Source of the DNA: an uncultured virus (IMG/VR IMGVR_UViG_3300049846_001482)
Taxonomy: Duplodnaviria; Heunggongvirae; Uroviricota; Caudoviricetes
Strand: one strand, 5' to 3'
Virus record (IMG/VR): IMGVR_UViG_3300049846_001482
Length of the DNA: 20,000 nt
Positions within the stretch are counted from its first letter, which is position 1, and each line of letters opens with the position of its first letter. Under the pieces are notes generated by a model, which had not been told where the DNA came from, searched no databases, and worked only from the letters and a program-made list of their open reading frames with translations. Positions 6,301-14,248 of the stretch are shown here, piece by piece. The position numbers and the translations under genes were made by a program.

Positions 6301-8228
6301 GCCATCTTCCTAAAGCTGATCGGAGAGAGGCTTGCCATTCCTGGAGCCATTCCTGGACCCGATGGACCGGCTGGAGGTGCAGCAGGGGAGGCTTGCATTG
6401 GAGTTCCTGCCTGCTGAGGATTGGTCTTCTTTACCGAATCCCTTTGCTTCTCCAAGTCCTGCTTTCTCATCCTAAGTTGTTCCATCTGACCAGTCATGGT
6501 CTTCATTTGCTCGTCAATTGCATTGATCTGGTCTTGGTAGCCCTGACGTTGCTGGTTGTAGGCATCCCCAGCTTGTCCAAAGGCGTGAATGAACTCGTCG
6601 TCCATAGATCCTGAGGCTTCCATGCCAGATGGTCTGACCCAGATGAAGTCTTTGGTCTCGCTATCTTTGGCAAGGTGTCCTTCTTTGTCCAATTTAGGAA
6701 CCCAGCCCCTTCTCTTCAAGATGGCCTTAGCCAAACGCCTGATGTCTGTAGCATAGCCAGTTACAGCCGCCCTCATAAGAACCCAATCTGGTGTTGCTGG
6801 ATTCATGATGGCTGCAGTGATGATTTCCTTGTCTTGCATGAAGTCTTCTTCATCCATCTGCTTGGCTTTGGCTAGAACAGCCTCATCTTCTCTCATGGCT
6901 TCTGGAAGAGACTCAATGTATTGCTCAGCTCTGGTTTTGCCAGACTTATCAACCCTCTGATTCTTCGAGAGATTCATCAAGACAGACCAGTGAGCCTTTT
7001 CATTGGAAGCCTCTGACAACTTGCGTTCTTTTGTCATAGCCCTTGGCTTAGTACCTTTCTCTAGGTCTTTGGTCTCAAATTTGCCCTTCTCAAGATTGAA
7101 AGGCTGGTTTGTGACAACATCTTCACCCCAACTGGATGGAGCATCTTCCATCATGGTTGGGATGTCTTTGTTGACGGTCTTTTCGGCAGGTGGATCAAGC
7201 AACATGTAGATGGCATGTCCCTTTCTCCACGTCATAGGCTTGCTGTTAAGGGCATCCAAAGAGCGAATGATGTTGTCTTCGCTGATGCCTCTGGACTCCA
7301 GCTCTTTATAGACTGGGCTATTCTTCAATTCGTCAATTGAGATTGTGTCTACGTTGGGTCCAATAGTCTTGGCTTGATAACTCTTTGTGTGATGGTGTCT
7401 CATCAACCATTCTCTGCTGTGTCTATCTTTGGCAGAGACTTCTGGAAGGACTATCTCTTTGCGAATCTTGAAGATGACATCCTTGATGTTGCTGATGGCT
7501 GGCTCCAAGACCTTCTCAAAGTATCTTGAAATACCATCGGCACCACGGTATTGGTCAATAACAGATAGGTCTCTCTTGACATAACCATTGGCTGCGTCAA
7601 GAAGGATGAGTCGGCTCTTTAGCTTATTGATCTCATTGAGGAGTTCGAAGGCTCTGAATATCTTAGATTCCCTGAGTCTCTTCTCTTTCTCATAAGCCTT
7701 CTTCTTATCCTTGTTTGAAGGGTCTGCCTGCATGTCGTCATAAAGACGATTGATGGTCTGTTCGTCGCTAAGATATTCCTCTATCTCGTTCTTCTCTTTC
7801 TGAAGAGGCAACAACTCGTGCATGGTCTTACGGGTTGCAGCAGCGACCTTCTCGCTGACACCCTCTTGCATGGGGATGATGACATCGTTTAGAATGCCAC
7901 CACGCAACTCCTCTTCCTCTTCGGGGGTGATGGGGTCGGTCTGAGCCATCTTGGTGAGGTATATCTTTATCTTACGAGCAGTAACACTTAGGACATCCTC
8001 AATTGAAGCAGCAGCGGTTACGGCCTCTGGGGTAGATGGAAAAAGCTTCTCAACCTGCTCTCTAATAATAGAGGTGAGTTCAAGTATGTCACCCAAGGTT
8101 GCTTGCTTCCTCACTTCATTAGCAAGTTCCATGGCCGTCTCTGGTGCAATATGAACTCCATGCTGTTTACCCTTTTCGATAAACGCATGAGCTAGATCAG
8201 CCTCTTGCCATGTAACGCTCTGATTCAT
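6297..8228 (-). CDS. Large coiled-coil hypothetical protein, possible internal head protein
   Basis: 643-aa charged helical ORF, SD GGAGG; one LRV-like unit (AIMNPATPDWVL), Gln-rich coiled coil and Pro/Gly/Ala tail. Function is inferred. Confidence 0.75.
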   Translation of the reverse strand: MNQSVTWQEADLAHAFIEKGKQHGVHIAPETAMELANEVRKQATLGDILELTSIIREQVEKLFPSTPEAVTAAASIEDVLSVTARKIKIYLTKMAQTDPITPEEEEELRGGILNDVIIPMQEGVSEKVAAATRKTMHELLPLQKEKNEIEEYLSDEQTINRLYDDMQADPSNKDKKKAYEKEKRLRESKIFRAFELLNEINKLKSRLILLDAANGYVKRDLSVIDQYRGADGISRYFEKVLEPAISNIKDVIFKIRKEIVLPEVSAKDRHSREWLMRHHHTKSYQAKTIGPNVDTISIDELKNSPVYKELESRGISEDNIIRSLDALNSKPMTWRKGHAIYMLLDPPAEKTVNKDIPTMMEDAPSSWGEDVVTNQPFNLEKGKFETKDLEKGTKPRAMTKERKLSEASNEKAHWSVLMNLSKNQRVDKSGKTRAEQYIESLPEAMREDEAVLAKAKQMDEEDFMQDKEIITAAIMNPATPDWVLMRAAVTGYATDIRRLAKAILKRRGWVPKLDKEGHLAKDSETKDFIWVRPSGMEASGSMDDEFIHAFGQAGDAYNQQRQGYQDQINAIDEQMKTMTGQMEQLRMRKQDLEKQRDSVKKTNPQQAGTPMQASPAAPPAGPSGPGMAPGMASLSPISFRKMA

Positions 8229-8242
8229 TGATTTGCCTCCGC

Positions 8243-8617
8243 TTAGTACTTTATGGTTCTGTCCTTGTGTTCAATTTTGGTTCTGCTCATATCGGGTCTC
8301 ATCTTCTTGCAGATGTATTCGACAGCTATCTTGGCGCTGCCCTCGTTACCGCAAGTAAATGAGTCTACCCAAGCAAATGCATGTTCTGGACTGTAGTGAA
8401 TGCTGAGATGACTTTCCGACAAAAAGAGGACGCCAGACAGACCTTGTGGTTCAAACTTCTTCCAATTCTCTGCTATGACGTGCATCTTGGCTTTTTTGGC
8501 CGCAGCGTGAAATATTTCTTGCATCTTCTCGATGGAGTCTAACTTAAATGGATCCTTGATACCTACGATGTCTGCAATGACGTGAGTTCCTACTTCGCTG
8601 CCTTTGAATTTTTCCAA
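8243..8617 (-). CDS. speD: S-adenosylmethionine decarboxylase proenzyme (pyruvoyl-dependent, class 1)
   Basis: GTHVIAD, FEPQGLSGV, LSESHLSIH (E/S autocleavage), PE, DSFTCG; TTG start. Confidence 0.9.
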   Translation of the reverse strand: MEKFKGSEVGTHVIADIVGIKDPFKLDSIEKMQEIFHAAAKKAKMHVIAENWKKFEPQGLSGVLFLSESHLSIHYSPEHAFAWVDSFTCGNEGSAKIAVEYICKKMRPDMSRTKIEHKDRTIKY

Positions 8618-8647
8618 TTTCCGCCTTGTCTCCTTTTGTTGGTTGAG

Positions 8648-8866
8648 TTAGTCCTCCGATTCATCGGAGAGTTTATACTCTTTAAGTATATCATCTCTTT
8701 CGCTTAAACGCCAAGCTCTTTTGTCTCTCTTGGATAGCCTACAAAAGCCGCAACGATTCAGACCGCTTGCGGTTCTGACGTTGTATTCGCAGCCCCCACA
8801 GTCCTCTCTTGGAACATCGTTCTGGTAGAGAGGACAAGAGACAAATTCTCGCCTGGAGATACCCAT
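8648..8866 (-). CDS. Small Cys-rich (metal-binding) protein
   Basis: CP-x10-CGGC-x10-CGFC; SD-like AAGGAAG. Confidence 0.7.
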   Translation of the reverse strand: MGISRREFVSCPLYQNDVPREDCGGCEYNVRTASGLNRCGFCRLSKRDKRAWRLSERDDILKEYKLSDESED

Positions 8867-8883
8867 TTTATCAAAACTTCCTT

Positions 8884-9357
8884 TTATCTAAAGAATCGTG
8901 AACCTACGTTGGGGATTAGGTTGTCGGCCACCAAACTCTGGTTGCTTCTGGCGCTGATATCCTGTCTGGCAATATCTACGTTGTCGTTCACACCAGGAAC
9001 GCCGTTGACATCTACACCAAAGACGGTGCTGCCTGCTCTGGACTCTTTGACGGCTGCTTGCTGATTCAAGACGCCATACTGACCCTGGATCAAGCCACCA
9101 TCGGCATCGTAGGCAGGAGCATCGCCAGCAAGCTGTTCGCTGTTTCTGACCAATACTCCGTGTGGATTAACTGGCTCACTCAATGAGGCGGCTGTGGCAC
9201 CGGCTGGGGTGTCAATGCCATTGCTTCCCTGAGCGGTCTGGAGTTCATTTGGCAAGAGACCAGTGCTTCCATGCAAGATATTGAACTCGCCCTGGGGTCT
9301 GATGCTCTGAGTAACGAACTCAGTGTTATTTGAATTGAATTGGTCCTGCTTAGACAT
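8884..9357 (-). CDS. Hypothetical protein (G/N/Q/A-rich, possibly virion-associated)
   Basis: 157-aa ORF tightly packed in operon; SD GAGGAG. Confidence 0.75.
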   Translation of the reverse strand: MSKQDQFNSNNTEFVTQSIRPQGEFNILHGSTGLLPNELQTAQGSNGIDTPAGATAASLSEPVNPHGVLVRNSEQLAGDAPAYDADGGLIQGQYGVLNQQAAVKESRAGSTVFGVDVNGVPGVNDNVDIARQDISARSNQSLVADNLIPNVGSRFFR

Positions 9358-9358
9358 T

Positions 9359-9571
9359 TTAGATCTCCTCGTTATTCATCAATTTTAGTATGTCTTGAGA
9401 ATTTAACTGTCTGGGTTGGGCTGGCTGTGGTGGAGCAATCGTGACACCAGCATTGTCTTTCGAATCACTCAATGGAGTTGTGGTTAGCGTCTGGTCAACA
9501 GGGTTTCCGCCAACACCTAGTCCAATGTCAGTTTTGTTAAAGGACTTCTCGTAGCCACGTATGTTTGCCAT
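9359..9571 (-). CDS. Hypothetical protein
   Basis: 70-aa ORF, SD AAGGAG, 1-2 nt gaps to neighbours. Confidence 0.7.
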   Translation of the reverse strand: MANIRGYEKSFNKTDIGLGVGGNPVDQTLTTTPLSDSKDNAGVTIAPPQPAQPRQLNSQDILKLMNNEEI

Positions 9572-9573
9572 CT

Positions 9574-10038
9574 TTACTCCTTAGGGAATACGTCTTCACG
9601 AGTTGTGTAGTAAATGATCCTGTGAAGGTTGTAGTATTCCTCAGAAGAACCATCGTCTCCATGTTTCTTGTAAGGTTCTCCCAAAACATCGACACCATGA
9701 CGGGTCTCTATATTGTCAAAAACCTCCTTGAGCTTAGCCAAGTAGGTCTCCCTGTCAGTCTTAGAGTCAATGCCAACGATGATCTCAAACTGGAACTCTT
9801 CTCCATCTAGGATGTCGTTTTGAACACCAAAGCCTGGGAGAGAAAATCTTTCGGAGTAGATCTTAACGTCACCAAAGAATTCAGACCTCTTCTTGATCTC
9901 TTCAAAGGTGTCATCAATGATGTGAAACTGAACTGTCTTATACTTGAAGCTAAGACCAGTCAGTTCTGGCTCTGAGCTCGTAGCCTTACGGTAGTTTCTA
10001 AGGGTTAGATAGCTCTTATACAACTCATTGAATGTCAT
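9574..10038 (-). CDS. Hypothetical protein
   Basis: 154-aa ORF, ATGA overlap with upstream gene, SD GGAG. Confidence 0.75.
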   Translation of the reverse strand: MTFNELYKSYLTLRNYRKATSSEPELTGLSFKYKTVQFHIIDDTFEEIKKRSEFFGDVKIYSERFSLPGFGVQNDILDGEEFQFEIIVGIDSKTDRETYLAKLKEVFDNIETRHGVDVLGEPYKKHGDDGSSEEYYNLHRIIYYTTREDVFPKE

Positions 10039-10397
10039 ACGTCATCTCCATCGTCGTGTCCGCCTTGAAGTAGTCTTAATTTCTCTGGAAGGAAGGGGCA
10101 CCAACCAAAGCCTACCGTTGATGTATCTTGTTGCCATCTTTGTGGGTCGCTGAAGTTTGGCGAAGTGCATTCATACTGAATATGCATCATCGGGGCTTGA
10201 CGACCTGCTGCCTCACTAGACCATAGGGCTGGATTAGTTCCGCCGTTGGCTAGTGGATTTCTATTGTTTGTCTTGACGGCCTTGAAGGGACAACTGGTGC
10301 AAAAGAATGCAACCGTTAACGGGTCAATTGTCCTATCTTGATTAACGTTAAAGGGCTTCGGTGTAAAAATTGAATTTGGGTCATTCGGATCAGGCAT
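10035..10397 (-). CDS. Hypothetical protein with CxxC...C...C motif
   Basis: FCTSCP...YECTS...GWCP; TAATG overlap with upstream gene. Confidence 0.7.
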   Translation of the reverse strand: MPDPNDPNSIFTPKPFNVNQDRTIDPLTVAFFCTSCPFKAVKTNNRNPLANGGTNPALWSSEAAGRQAPMMHIQYECTSPNFSDPQRWQQDTSTVGFGWCPFLPEKLRLLQGGHDDGDDV

Positions 10398-11011
10398 TAA
10401 GAACCTACTACAATGTTAAGGGTTTGTGTGAAGTTTAGATTCTGGTTGTCGTGGTAATAGGCGTTGCCAGATGCTTTCTGCATCGTGGACTGTCCTAGTG
10501 TCAAGACATCTCCATTGACAGCGTTCTGGAACTTCGTGGTGCCTGTTCCATCAATGAGATTTCCATCCAAGCGACCACCTACACCTACTGCTGAACCAAC
10601 GACTGGATTCTTAGTGAAGGTATAGGAGCTATACATGCCACCGATTGCATCAGAAGACCTAGCAAGGATGCCGGGACCAACTCCCTGAATATGTTCACCG
10701 CTTCTAACTGCAAACCTGCTCTCAAAGACGTTGGCTGGATCGACCACATAGGAATTCTTGACGATATAGCCATAGTTGAAGATGGAGTTGCCGCTATGGT
10801 CAACAATCTTAACATCATAGACACCGGCCGGAATGCTGGTGAAGGCATAGGTGCCATTCATGTCTGTATCACCGGAGGCAATAACAGTCGTCGGATTAGG
10901 AGCGAATGGATGCGCATCGGTATCAGGATTCATGAGCATGACAGGATAGCCGCCTAGAGGCGTATCATTCCTGTCAGTGACTTTTATTCTAACTGTTACT
11001 TCGTTGGCCAT
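10397..11011 (-). CDS. Carboxypeptidase-regulatory-like (prealbumin/Cna-B-like fold) domain protein, probable virion surface protein
   Basis: VTDRNDTPLGGYPVML...TDMNGTYAFTSIPAGVYDVKI is the typical pattern; SD AAGGAG. Confidence 0.7.
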   Translation of the reverse strand: MANEVTVRIKVTDRNDTPLGGYPVMLMNPDTDAHPFAPNPTTVIASGDTDMNGTYAFTSIPAGVYDVKIVDHSGNSIFNYGYIVKNSYVVDPANVFESRFAVRSGEHIQGVGPGILARSSDAIGGMYSSYTFTKNPVVGSAVGVGGRLDGNLIDGTGTTKFQNAVNGDVLTLGQSTMQKASGNAYYHDNQNLNFTQTLNIVVGS

Positions 11012-11014
11012 TGC

Positions 11015-11227
11015 TTACTCCTTGGTCTCCGTGTATTTGTCCAGAGTCTTCTTTGTCTTAGTCTCTAGACCGGACAAACCAAATTGATCGAATATCTTGT
11101 GTCTGAAACTTTCAAACTTGTCTGTTGGCACACAGAACTCCGCCAAGACAAGAATCTCTTTCATGACCTTTTTGTTTTCAGAGAGAATTTCTTGTTCGAC
11201 CTTCTCTCTTTCTTCTGGTGATAGCAT
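11015..11227 (-). CDS. Hypothetical protein (70 aa)
   Basis: Start moved from 11302 to ATG 11227 (AAGGA SD, 1 nt after upstream TAA): MLSPEEREKVEQEIL...FRHKIFDQFGLSGL. Confidence 0.65.
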   Translation of the reverse strand: MLSPEEREKVEQEILSENKKVMKEILVLAEFCVPTDKFESFRHKIFDQFGLSGLETKTKKTLDKYTETKE

Positions 11228-11228
11228 T

Positions 11229-11519
11229 TTAGTTGTCCTTTTTGGGCGGCTCATTTCTTTCCCTGGGGTTCTTGACGTGAAGAACGGGATCGAAATCGTC
11301 ACCTAACTGGTTCAAAGTCTCCCAGTTGGTGAAGTGGTCCATGCCAGGAGCAATGTGTTTTCTTGTGTCGTCCATTTTCAGATCAACAATCGTCTGCAGA
11401 GGCTTTGACTCCTCTGGTTTACCTGTTTGCGGATCCTTGGATTCTGGACTTGCGTTCCAAGGATATTTGTTGGGATTAGCCGCAAATTTAGTGAGCTTTT
11501 CCCTAAAGGAGATAATCAT
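11229..11519 (-). CDS. Hypothetical protein with N-terminal IISFREKLTKFAA motif
   Basis: 96-aa ORF, first gene after the 11520-11569 AT-rich gap. Confidence 0.7.
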   Translation of the reverse strand: MIISFREKLTKFAANPNKYPWNASPESKDPQTGKPEESKPLQTIVDLKMDDTRKHIAPGMDHFTNWETLNQLGDDFDPVLHVKNPRERNEPPKKDN

Positions 11520-11540
11520 TTGTGTGTTTGAGCCCTCATA

Positions 11541-11562
11541 CTAAATAGAAAATTATAAAAGA
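11541..11562 (-). promoter_or_regulatory. Candidate phage-specific (late?) promoter motif, copy 2
   Basis: Minus strand TCTTTTATAA-TTTT-CT-ATTTAG-TATGAG in the AT-rich gap heading the 11519..5680 run; matches 3249-3270. Confidence 0.45.
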
Positions 11563-11569
11563 AGATCGT

Positions 11570-12184
11570 TTATACCACATTTTCTTCGTATAACTTTCTG
11601 AACTTATTGATATCTTTTGAACTTGGCAAAGCATCCTCTGAGAAGGCTTTAGATATCACATTTTCAGAGGATAGGCGGGCATTGACCTCATCGGCAAAGT
11701 TGATATCGTCAATTCCCTTGAATTTATAGTCGTTTTTAGTCAGGTGATCCAACATCTTCTGTTTGATGTCTGGCTTGATCTTCTTAAAAAGCCTCAAAAC
11801 CTTCTGTCGATATGAGTAGTCCACATAGAATAGGGAGTGGGCTATTTCGTGTTTATAGGTGAGACTATGCTTGCTTTGGAAACACACAATGAAAGCGAAC
11901 TTGCTACGGGGCTTTAGGTTGGCTTCCTTTACGGACTTGTAGACCGTCTTTAAAAAGACCTTTTCTGCCTCAGAAAGACTCTTTGGAGAAAAGGCCGATT
12001 TAAACCTGCTAATGTCTTTGTTGTTGAAACAGTATCCACTCACCACATTACTGGCCAAATAAGACTTGAGGCTTTTCAGCTCAATTTTGGCGTCAATACG
12101 AGTGGCGGCCAGACACATGCGCTTCTGGTCGGGAAATTTGGCGAAAAAGATCCGAGGCTGAATTTGGGAGATCTCTATAAGCAT
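11570..12184 (-). CDS. HExxH zincin-like putative metallopeptidase
   Basis: TYKHEIAHSLF plus downstream DEVNA (candidate third-ligand Glu); very basic. Confidence 0.6.
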   Translation of the reverse strand: MLIEISQIQPRIFFAKFPDQKRMCLAATRIDAKIELKSLKSYLASNVVSGYCFNNKDISRFKSAFSPKSLSEAEKVFLKTVYKSVKEANLKPRSKFAFIVCFQSKHSLTYKHEIAHSLFYVDYSYRQKVLRLFKKIKPDIKQKMLDHLTKNDYKFKGIDDINFADEVNARLSSENVISKAFSEDALPSSKDINKFRKLYEENVV

Positions 12185-12201
12185 ACCCTTCCCCTATTGT
12201 C

Positions 12202-12975
12202 TTATTTTTTGTTACCAAACCACTTCGCATAAATAGCCCAGAAAAGATTGTTTGCAAACGGAGATTCGTACTTGTTCTTTCCTATAATCACTGTCTTGTC
12301 GCCAACAAACGGAGTATAGAAATACAGAGATCTTGTTGCTGCGTTCTTGATGTTTATCTTCCTTAGTTCTGGCTTATCGGTAGTGTAGGCATAGGGGAAT
12401 TTGAGAGACTGGGCCTGCTTGAATCTCTTCATGCTTACCGTTACCGCACCCAAAATTTGCTTGTCAACGCCAGCCCACTTTGGATCATCGCCTCTGGGTG
12501 GGTCATATGCGCCTACCCCACAAAAGTAGTCCAGCCTTCTCTTGTTCTTCGGGAACGTTTTGGTGGTGATGGTTCCTTGCTCCTTTTGGATATGCGTCAT
12601 CAATACCCTTGGATTTAAGCCATTGTCTTGGCAGTGTTTGTAAATCCAATAGGATGTCAGATTACCATTGATGCTGTAATCTTTCAGGAAGCTTCCTTTG
12701 AGAACTAGGAAGTCCTGAATCTCTTTTTCAGACATTGAATTGACGTTTGTGAATTCTTCGTCCGTAATAATCAGTTCTGGATCAAAGATGAGGAACGTAT
12801 TGTCTGATTTTACGGGTGGTGCCACTGGAGCGGGAGGGGCTACAGTGTCTAGTACTGCTATCTTGTTTGGAGTTACATTTGTTGGGACAGGAGTGCCAGC
12901 GCTTTTCTTTGAGAAAAGTGAGGTAAAAAAGCTCTTCCAAAAATCAAATGTGTACTTCAGATCTATAAAGGCCAT
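12202..12975 (-). CDS. Putative peptidoglycan hydrolase (lysozyme-like fold)
   Basis: SMSEKEIQDFL, LNPRVLMTHIQKEQG, GVGAYD, GVDKQI, NAATRSLYFYTP: motif set I associate with a cell-wall-associated family often loosely labelled hemagglutinin-related; Pro-rich linker after N-terminal amphipathic stretch. Confidence 0.55.
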   Translation of the reverse strand: MAFIDLKYTFDFWKSFFTSLFSKKSAGTPVPTNVTPNKIAVLDTVAPPAPVAPPVKSDNTFLIFDPELIITDEEFTNVNSMSEKEIQDFLVLKGSFLKDYSINGNLTSYWIYKHCQDNGLNPRVLMTHIQKEQGTITTKTFPKNKRRLDYFCGVGAYDPPRGDDPKWAGVDKQILGAVTVSMKRFKQAQSLKFPYAYTTDKPELRKINIKNAATRSLYFYTPFVGDKTVIIGKNKYESPFANNLFWAIYAKWFGNKK

Positions 12976-12981
12976 TCATAA

Positions 12982-13410
12982 TCACCGGTCCTTTTCTAAT
13001 CTCTTGAAATTACACTGAGGGCACGTTCTGTTGTTGACGTGATGATTGTGTCCACAGACATCGCAGTTGATCATTACATCGTCATGTAGAGGTAGTGTTT
13101 TGCGGACAGGTGGCGCTGGGGGAGCCTGCTCTGAGGTTTGCTCAAACTCTTCTCCCTCTTCTCTCCTCATGTCCCTGAGCGACTGCATATGATTAGAGAG
13201 ACCCTGCAGGAGACTCTTGATTTCCTGATTCTCTCTCTTCAAAATGCTCATCTGGAAATGCATGGCGTTCATATGTAGTTCCGCATCATGCAATTTAGAT
13301 TGGAGGTTGTTGCAATACTGGAAGAGTTTTATCTGTGCATCGATCAGGTCTGGTTTCAAGATGTCGCTCTTTTTGGTTTTAGCCTGTCTCTTTTTCATGA
13401 GTCGCCACAC
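12982..13410 (-). CDS. Coiled-coil protein with C-terminal C4 zinc ribbon
   Basis: Heptad region, Pro linker, CDVC-x10-CPQC; GTG start with GGA upstream. Confidence 0.7.
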   Translation of the reverse strand: MWRLMKKRQAKTKKSDILKPDLIDAQIKLFQYCNNLQSKLHDAELHMNAMHFQMSILKRENQEIKSLLQGLSNHMQSLRDMRREEGEEFEQTSEQAPPAPPVRKTLPLHDDVMINCDVCGHNHHVNNRTCPQCNFKRLEKDR

Positions 13411-13415
13411 TCCGC

Positions 13416-13799
13416 TTATATGAAAACTTTGTCTCCAATTTTTATGTTCTTACTATCACACCAACCCTTGTTTACTTCTATAACCCACTTGATCGGAACT
13501 CTGAGAGGGGTTGTGTAGGCTGTCGAAGCATCCATCCTTCTCATCGGTACTATGTCTTTTATGGTCATGTCGTTACCAACAAAGATGGCCTCTAAGTCAA
13601 ATCTCACATCACGCATTGTGAAAAGTGGCTTATAGGTTCCGTAGGTGTCAAACAACATGCCTCGGTGTTCGAAAAGAAAAGGTCTTCCCATGAGCCCCTT
13701 TGCTCTGTCTTGTTGAGCGACAGGGTGTTCACAGAACAAAAACACATTCTTGATCCTGACGCTCAGGATGGGAAGATCTCTGGAGGAGATTCTGATCAA
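13416..13799 (-). CDS. DUF192 family protein
   Basis: RAKGLMGR, GMLF, FTMRDVRFDLEAIFV, VIEVNKGW, IKIGDKV. Confidence 0.9.
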   Translation of the reverse strand: MIRISSRDLPILSVRIKNVFLFCEHPVAQQDRAKGLMGRPFLFEHRGMLFDTYGTYKPLFTMRDVRFDLEAIFVGNDMTIKDIVPMRRMDASTAYTTPLRVPIKWVIEVNKGWCDSKNIKIGDKVFI

Positions 13800-13817
13800 C
13801 TAGCATTACCGCCTTTT

Positions 13818-14234
13818 TCAGTAAAATAAAGATATGTACTCTAATGCTTCGTCTAGGTTTTTCAGGTTTTTAGTCACAATGGCTTTGTAGCCATGACGGT
13901 GTTCCAAACAATTGGTGAAGGCAATCAGCGGCTTGCGGTCTCTGTGGGCCAGATACATCTCTCCAATGGTAAAGAAGGGTATCTTGGCGTTCTCAATGGT
14001 CGGCGGCAGGTCAAGGTTAGCCAGAACAATGTCTGATCTATCGAGGTAGTGGATATCACGTCCATGAACCTCATTTGCTTCCCAGACATGCCCAGGCAAC
14101 TTGCCATCGTAAGGATTGTAGGTGTCAAAGCCTCTTGCTTTTAGAAACTCAGAAGCCTTAACCCTCCAGGCATTGCCCTCTTCAAACGAAACACCGTCCA
14201 TCATTCCAGACAGATAAACAAGTTTTCTTGACAT
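13818..14234 (-). CDS. Nucleoside 2-deoxyribosyltransferase-like protein
   Basis: VYLSGMM, WR, YNP, RDIHYLDRSDIVLANL, TIGEMYLA (catalytic Glu), KPLI. Confidence 0.85.
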   Translation of the reverse strand: MSRKLVYLSGMMDGVSFEEGNAWRVKASEFLKARGFDTYNPYDGKLPGHVWEANEVHGRDIHYLDRSDIVLANLDLPPTIENAKIPFFTIGEMYLAHRDRKPLIAFTNCLEHRHGYKAIVTKNLKNLDEALEYISLFY

Positions 14235-14248
14235 TTCACATCACCGAG

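Noticed and set aside
6280..6323. Programmed frameshift fusing the 643-aa and 206-aa ORFs at the back-to-back ISFR motifs
   Set aside because: Ordinary ATGA coupling with an AGGAAG SD-like sequence; no slippery heptamer visible.
6334..6360. Short repeat GCCATTCCTGGA x2
   Set aside because: Encodes the low-complexity PGMAPGMA tail; no regulatory signal.
11228..11302. Track start at 11302 giving a 74-nt gene overlap
   Set aside because: ATG 11227 with SD directly after the upstream stop is more parsimonious.
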